Shown piece after piece: positions 53,312 through 64,000 of a stretch of DNA of 64,000 nucleotides (position 1 is the stretch's first letter; each line of letters opens with the position of its first letter). The notes below the pieces were generated by a model. The model was not told where the DNA came from. It did no database searches and saw nothing but the letters and a program-made list of their open reading frames with translations. A program made the position numbers and the translations under genes. The stretch covers positions 12,524,001 to 12,588,000 of the forward strand of contig CM022676.1 of the NCBI GenBank assembly GCA_012295275.1. Direction: 5' to 3'. The DNA comes from Chrysomallon squamiferum. Taxonomy: Eukaryota; Animalia; Mollusca.

Positions 53312-53385
<74 letters not shown>

Positions 53386-54586
53386 TAACTGCTCTTTAAA
53401 ACATAAACATAAACAGCTGCATTGATGTCTGTATTTTTCATCTGTGACAACCTTTATGAAATCAATAGCGTGCACTTTGTGTAGAAAGCTGTGATCAATA
53501 CGTACACTCAGTCTGAAACTCGTATGTCAGTGTGACTCGTTGTTGCCTGGACAACCTCAAACATTCATGAAAAATGTAACACTCTCCTTGCTTTCAGTTC
53601 TGATCTTGACTGAATGCATGAACAACACGCAAAACACAAAGGAGAAACAGGGATCTGGAGTTAACAGAATAAAATGTAGCAACACCGAGTTGAAAAAAAA
53701 CAACAAAAAAAACATTTAAACAAATTTAACTCGTTTTTAAATGAAACTGATACTACTTCATTATTAACTTCTATTGACAAAATTCACATAAATTGAAATA
53801 AATAAATAAAGTAAAAACACATTTGTTTCATAATACAAATAAAGCCAGATTGTGATCAATAAAGTGACTCATTAATCCCCTAATTTCCATGGCAACAAAT
53901 ACTGAATGAAATTGAGGACAGCTGTTAACGTAGCTGTCATGTTACAGAGAGCAGTGAGTAATCATCCTGCTTGTCAGACTGCGTACAGGAAAAAACATTG
54001 TGAAATATGAAACTCAGAGAAACAAATCAGCAGAAAACCCTTCATTAGAGTTAAAAAGAAGTTACATAGCAGAAACATTAAACTGTTAGCTAGTTATTTT
54101 TTGTCAACTGAAGACTGTAGCTGATTTTACAAGCTCAAAATAAAATTAACAGTTCTTAACACACACACACACACACACACACACACCTTTTTAATAAGAA
54201 AAGAAAAAAATATATATCTTTAACAAAATTTATTACATATGTAAATACTATAGCAGTCATTTAACTAATAACGAAATCACAGGTATAATAGGACTATAAA
54301 GATGTAATATGGCACATATTTTAACAACAGAGACAGTGGAATCGGGAAATGAAGCAAATTTTTACTTTAAAGTTCACGTTTGCTTTTATGTATTCATAAA
54401 ATACATTAATAAATTCTGAAATTAAAATATTGTACAACATATACAAACAAATGAGAATTTTTGTAAATACATTCACATTATGTATAGTAAATACCATTAC
54501 ATAACATATGTGTTTCCATGGTCTCTGTTAGAATATTATACATATGAACAATTCTTAAAAATGTAATAAATACTGTGATAGTAAAA

Positions 54587-54786
54587 NNNNNNNNNNNNNN
54601 NNNNNNNNNNNNNNNNNNNNNNNNNNNNNNNNNNNNNNNNNNNNNNNNNNNNNNNNNNNNNNNNNNNNNNNNNNNNNNNNNNNNNNNNNNNNNNNNNNNN
54701 NNNNNNNNNNNNNNNNNNNNNNNNNNNNNNNNNNNNNNNNNNNNNNNNNNNNNNNNNNNNNNNNNNNNNNNNNNNNNNNNNNNNNN
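54587..54786. other. Assembly gap (200 N)
   Basis: Run of N. Confidence 0.99.
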
Positions 54787-55200
54787 TAATAATAATAATA
54801 ATAACTGATGATGATGGTGATGATATCGTCTGCAATAGTTCCCGTCAAAGAAAAGAAGTTGTATATGAAACTGGAAACTAGGAAGTATATTTGTGTTGAT
54901 AAAAAGTCCGAAACAAATGTAATCAATGCTTCAAGGGGGATAATTCTGTTCTGACACTGATACAAATACAATTATAAGACCGTCAGACATACTAGAAAAG
55001 TAAACAGTGAAACTCGTTAAAAAACACACAATAATAATAATAATAATAATAATAATAAGCATGAGGTAGTACAAAATAAAGACAGAAACAAGACTACAGT
55101 TTAGTTTGATGTCAGTGTTTGATACATCTCATATCTCCGTGTTTGTCTACCTGTCACGATTATGTAGATCTAGAGCCAACCAGTGATGACAAAAATGTTG

Positions 55201-55234
<34 letters not shown>

Positions 55235-55863
55235 TAAAGTAAAAATAAAAAGGGCCTGAACTGAAACAAATAACAAGAAAATTATCCAAGGAAAACATTT
55301 ACAAAGACATAAACAGAAAAAATACGCAAAAACACGCAGACACGCTTACAAAAAACACAGATATATAGATACAGAGATAAATAGCTCAGTAGACAGAAAC
55401 ATATATAGATACGTACATACATGTACAAAGTGCAAGTTTATAAACATATGTATGTTTGTGCGTGATTTGTGTGTCTGTAGGTGTGAGTTAATTGTGCGTA
55501 GATAGATAGACAGAAGTGTAGATAAAATGAATACTAAACTGAACAGTAAAAGAACTAATGAAATAAAAATAAAGGGCACGAACAGAACGCTAAAATATAT
55601 AATGAGAGAAAGCAGCGGAGATCTCTAGCTGGAACCACATAAACTGAGAGACACACAGTCATGCACAGGAACACAGATACGTTGATAGATACAAAGACAC
55701 ACGTACACACAAATAGCAGTACATTGATCAATAGGTGAAAAGAAAGACAGATGATTCGATGGATGGATGGATGGAAGGATGGACAGGCATACGTAAATTT
55801 AGACCATGCTACACTGAAAAATAAAACAAGTAACAAAAAGAAAGCAGTTACAAGATTACTTAC

Positions 55864-59314
<3,451 letters not shown>

Positions 59315-59465
59315 TGAAATTAAATCTATATCAAGAACGAAGTACCAAATCTGAAAAACAAAAGAAGAAGAAGAAAAAGGATATTATTTTTATAATAACC
59401 AATAAAAATATTTGTTTTGTTTTAACAACAATTATCGTACAATGCATTTGTTTATAATAATAATG

Positions 59466-59508
<43 letters not shown>

Positions 59509-59557
59509 TAATAATAATAATAATAAAAATAATAATAATAATGTCAGTTATTGCGCC

Positions 59558-59594
<37 letters not shown>

Positions 59595-59604
59595 AATTTA
59601 AAAT

Positions 59605-59935
59605 TCCAGTGTGCCGGTTTCCGAGCGTCCACGAAAATTCCCGATCGAAATTCAAGATGACGTGGTCTGATGCCGGTCAGTGATTACAAATATTTAAACA
59701 TATATTTTTCATAATGCAATCAATTCTCATGGATTACTACACGTAGTTAGTTCAGATATATCATATAAGCAATGTCTTGTAAAAACAGACGTCAGGTTAT
59801 TGAGTACAAATTGTTGCAGAGGTTCAAATTGTTGTGTTTCTTTGTTATTTTATTTGTTATTATTATTTTTTTTTTTCGTTGCTTTGACGTCATATCACCT
59901 CATTTGGTACCCATTTCGTACACCACCGTTCCATT
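59605..59935. promoter_or_regulatory. Putative bidirectional promoter of genes E and F
   Basis: CpG-richer patch between divergent leaders; kB-like GGGAATTTTC (minus, 59633-59642), TGACGTGG 59658-59665, GACGTCA ~59788, CRE TGACGTCA 59885-59892. Confidence 0.55.
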
Positions 59936-60036
59936 TAAAAAATATAGAAAAGAAAAATGTTTCTTAATTTGAAATTAATTTTTCAAATTTCTATTTTTCT
60001 CTTGCAGAAGTGATATTTATTGCCTAACAGAATTAA

Positions 60037-60103
60037 ATGGGTGTACAGATAAACTGCGTTTTCATCCTTTCTGTGTTTGTCATTTTGCTGACAACTTCTG
60101 AAG
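60037..60103 (+). CDS. Gene F signal-peptide exon (MGVQINCVFILSVFVILLTTSE-G)
   Basis: 67 nt, GAA G|gtaatg. Confidence 0.85.
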
Positions 60104-61089
60104 GTAATGTAATTACTGACATTAAACATTTCTAAACCTTATTGAAAATAAAATTAATTTCATAACAAAATGTATGAGTGATAGTTAATTATTATTAAAG
60201 TAATAAAATACAATCATTTGCAGACTAGGACTATTTAAGATATATAAAGCATGAGTACAATTTTTAAACAACATCAAGTGTTTTATAAAGGAAATAATGA
60301 CATTTGGCTAAAATATGTAACTTGGAAATCTGCACTCAAATATTCTAGAGTTATACTCAGAAAATTCTATACTGGGTCAGAGCCAAATCTCTCTCTAATT
60401 GAGTATATGTACTAAAAGTGGCTCAGGATTGAATATTCAAACAGCAGAAAAATCATCTAAAACATGACAACTTACAGCTTCCTTCCTCTTTGAAATTATC
60501 GAAAAACGGCAGCTTGCATATTCTAGAGGATGTGATTGTTGTACCAATACTATTTTTGAATACAGACTATAGCAATAGGTGGAACTAGTAAACTATGCAC
60601 AAAAAGATGTTTATACTATTACTTTCCCATTATATTTACTTTATTTATTTATTTATTTTTATTTATTTGTTAATATTATTATTAATATTAATCAATATTT
60701 ATCTCCCACAAAAACAAACACACCATGCCAGAACTAACTTAACAGATCTGTACGTATATAAAGTATGGTATATTAAATGTACAAGACAAATTCTGAGATC
60801 ATATAACGAAAACTGTTAATTTGTATTATTTTTTTTTTTTCTTTAATAGTATTTCCTTTCTTTCAGTGTCTTCATCTTTGGAGACAGTATTATTGTTATG
60901 TTTTTATTAACGTTGTTTATTTATTTATTTATTTATTTATTTTATTGATTTCTGAGATCTCATCTTTTCACAACCTGTGCGCGTAAACCGTTCGCGGTTC
61001 TGCGAAAACTCCAGCTAATTACCTTGTTACCCTTCCTTTTTATTTGTACTGTGAAAGGGTATAAAAATGAGTGAAAAAGTGGGATCAAA

Positions 61090-61680
61090 TAAGAAACCAA
61101 AAACATATCACTTGTATTGGGAATGGGAGCAGGAGTTTTTTTCCACAATGTTAAATTCGAAATAAGTTTGTGTGGTGTGTCAATTTAAGATCTTTTGGAC
61201 TGTTCGGAAAGAAAGTACAACACTAACTACTCTCCGAAAAGTGAGCTAAGGAAGATAAATAGGAAGATACAAAAATTATAGCTGTCTGGACAACAGTCAT
61301 TTTTCTCACACCTGACTTCAAAATCGAACACAGCCACCGAAGAATCCTTCAGCGTGATTCATTCCATCATCGACCACAGCAAGCCTTACAGGATAGAGAG
61401 ATGATAAGAAAGGCATTTGTTGAAGTAGCTGACTCATTGTTTCAGGAGAAACCGGAAATATTATTTTCAATCATAGCTCTCGAACTATCAAGAAGCACAG
61501 TTACATGATAAATACATGCAGACACAGTCTTTTTGATTTCATTTATTAAAATCTAGCTCCAATTCACAAAATTGCAAAAGACTTTCAAAGTCTATTGGAT
61601 TTGTTAAACATTTGCTTTCACATTTGATTGGCATGGTCACCAAGGAAACCTTTCTAAACTTAAACAAAACACGTAAGTGG
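61090..61680 (+). mobile_element. Degenerate hAT (GTF2IRD2/Charlie-like) transposase remnant in gene F intron
   Basis: KP..D.EMIRKAFVEVADSLFQEKPEI..IIALELSRSTVT. Confidence 0.65.
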
Positions 61681-61772
61681 ATACAGCTACAGCATTCGTG
61701 GTTTCAGTGTTACACAAAGAATTTCCATAACAACAACAAAAACAAATTTTAATTGTTTTTTATTTGTTACAG

Positions 61773-62093
61773 GTGTAACACAAATGAAACTTACAGCGGG
61801 AAAAGCTTTCAATAAACGTCCTTTCAGCCTCACTTGTGAAGTAATAAATGGCTCAGTAAGTGGTGCTCTAGAGATCACCCGTCCCGTAGGGGGGATCGTT
61901 GTCCAGTGTGATAACTCATTTGATATCAGCAACTGTGATACCCAGATCCCGGGATATTCTGTTATTGCATCCACCAGTAACACATACACACTAAATGTTG
62001 CCAGCTTGAATCCCAAAAATGATGAGGGAATTTGGACATGTACCGATTCAGCAGCTGATACGATTGCTGGCAAGTTAAATGTTACAATATCAG
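61773..62093 (+). CDS. Gene F V-like Ig exon; gene probably continues beyond the window
   Basis: cag|GT GTA..TCA G|gtcagt, 321 nt; FSLTC..VQCDNSFDISNC..DEGIWTC. Confidence 0.9.
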
Positions 62094-63581
62094 GTCAGTT
62101 TTGTCTTTCATAGTTCCTGTTACCATTTACATAAAATAAATAAAAAGTTAATTTCTTAGTTTGTATTGTGTATGCAGTAGTTTAATTATACTGAACACTT
62201 CCATTCCCAGGTAGATCCTTGTCTAAATGTAAAAAATCATGTGCAGTAGAAATAATGTCTCTTTAAAGAGTTGAATGAGTTGTCTGCAAAATATCTTTAT
62301 ATCAGTTACGTCCAGCCATTAATAAGAAAGTATTAAAAAATAATAATGTTGTTACAAAACATTTGAATGCTGCCATTCTATCCCTTTACAAATTGTGTTT
62401 TTTTTTCTTCTTTTTTTATATGATGCTTGTAATTTCCATAGCTCTCCATTTTTATGTTTTGTATGGTTTAAAGATAAGTACTATATACAGATATATAATT
62501 AATTATATGAAAACCACTGTACAGTAGTACCTCCCTATAACACCCCCACCCCTGGATGAGCACACGCCTACTGAACACTGACTCAGACAGCATTTTCTGA
62601 AATTATTATTCCACTGCTGAAGTGGACAGATATTGATTTGGATTTGTTTTCTCGAAAATAAATAATTTTATTGTTGTGTGGCAGCTTTCTGAAATATTTT
62701 TAACGATGATATCACATGTTTCATGTACTGCTGACAGTACTGTTTTTGTCGTGTCAACTAGACCCCACAAAATGCAGTCACCTTGAGCTGAACCATTAAA
62801 CTGTGCGAGTTCAAGCTATTTCGCACACAGTTTGATAATTCAGACATTCAACATGATTCCAGGCATATTTATGTTTTGTAAACTCCACGTTTTAGCAGAC
62901 CTCTGAAGTCTGAAAGATGGTTTATTTGGTTTTCAAGTGCAGTATTTTGTAAAACATAAATATACCTTCTTTTTTTATGAGATTTAGGACCTGCAAAACA
63001 TTTACTATTTTTGCATCCTTCAATAAACTAGATATGTCTGCAATTGCATTTTAGGATAAAGCTTCGAAGCTTGCTGTAGTAGATCCTGACCACAATAATT
63101 TACGTTTGATTTGCGTTCTAGTGCGAGGGATGTGATTAAAGATTGTAAATTTATACTGTGATTTTGACAATATTTATTTATAAGTGCTCAGTTATGTAAA
63201 TTATATGTTAATTTCCACTGCAGTATAAATATTCATACACTTATTAAAAACGAATAAGCATTTTCCACATGCCTATAAGACTGAAAAGAATATTTTATTG
63301 AAGAGAAATTTCTGTTTATGTTTGAGTCATAAGTTGTATATAAATTAATAACTTTATGAATTCATATAATTAATGTCATACTATGAAAGAATTTGTGTTT
63401 TTGTAAAATTATTATTTCAATAAATTAAAGATTATTATAGTTCTCTACATTTTCTATATTTTAGAAGAAATAAGTGGAAGTGATTCGTTATCTTCTGATA
63501 TGTTTCATCTTATATTCATGTAAGGAATCTTCTAATTGAGATTTTGTTTCTATTTTGTCTACTCTTGAATTTGTGTTCAGG

Positions 63582-63664
<83 letters not shown>

Positions 63665-64000
63665 CTGGCTAAGTATGTTTGTAGCAGTTATTTGTCTGTT
63701 ATTATTTGTACTTCTGTTTCATTTCATGCTCTTTTATCTTTATTTTTTATTTTTTCAGGTTTATCAACACTTTAGTGATCACTGATTTGCTGTAGATCTA
63801 CACACACCTCACAGACAGATAAACACAAAGACATCAGAAGTATCAAACACTGAAACAAACTAAATTATACATATTTTTTTTCTGTTGTGGGCTTTGTATT
63901 CATTATTATTATTATTATTATTTTATTTTTTTAAATATTCCTTAGATTACCTTAATTATATATTGTGTGAAATTGTCAGAATAACTGCAGTCAATGTATT

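Noticed and set aside
63460-63780. Candidate downstream exons of gene F
   Set aside because: Acceptors are present but give only tiny or stop-containing frames.

Overview
AT-rich, microsatellite-rich metazoan DNA. An invertebrate, possibly a mollusc, is my inference. The window holds a cluster of paralogous intron-containing immunoglobulin-superfamily (IgSF) cell-surface receptor genes, which I reconstructed by reading GT-AG splice sites and phases. Gene A (minus, 17-18406) has 7 Ig + FN3 domains, three frame defects, and runs off the left edge. Gene B (minus, 21483-32251) has an intact leader-V-split domain-5 Ig-FN3-TM path but a frameshifted tail. Pseudogene C (minus, 33877-37588) has an internal deletion and ITAM-type tail exons. 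D (plus, 38676-39429) is an orphan TM + ITAM-like tail. Genes E (minus, 55864-59314) and F (plus, 60037 onward) are a head-to-head paralog pair sharing a short spacer with CRE/kB-like motifs. The most unusual features are seven dispersed copies of a promoter + 55-nt signal-peptide-exon cassette (four intact), minisatellites built from splice-donor sites, near-identical exons inside diverged introns, and a family-specific non-canonical N-terminal Ig domain. Together these suggest a fast-evolving immune or allorecognition-type receptor cluster (inference). The window also contains DNA-transposon remnants, local duplications, a 156-codon start-less open frame and a 200-N gap.
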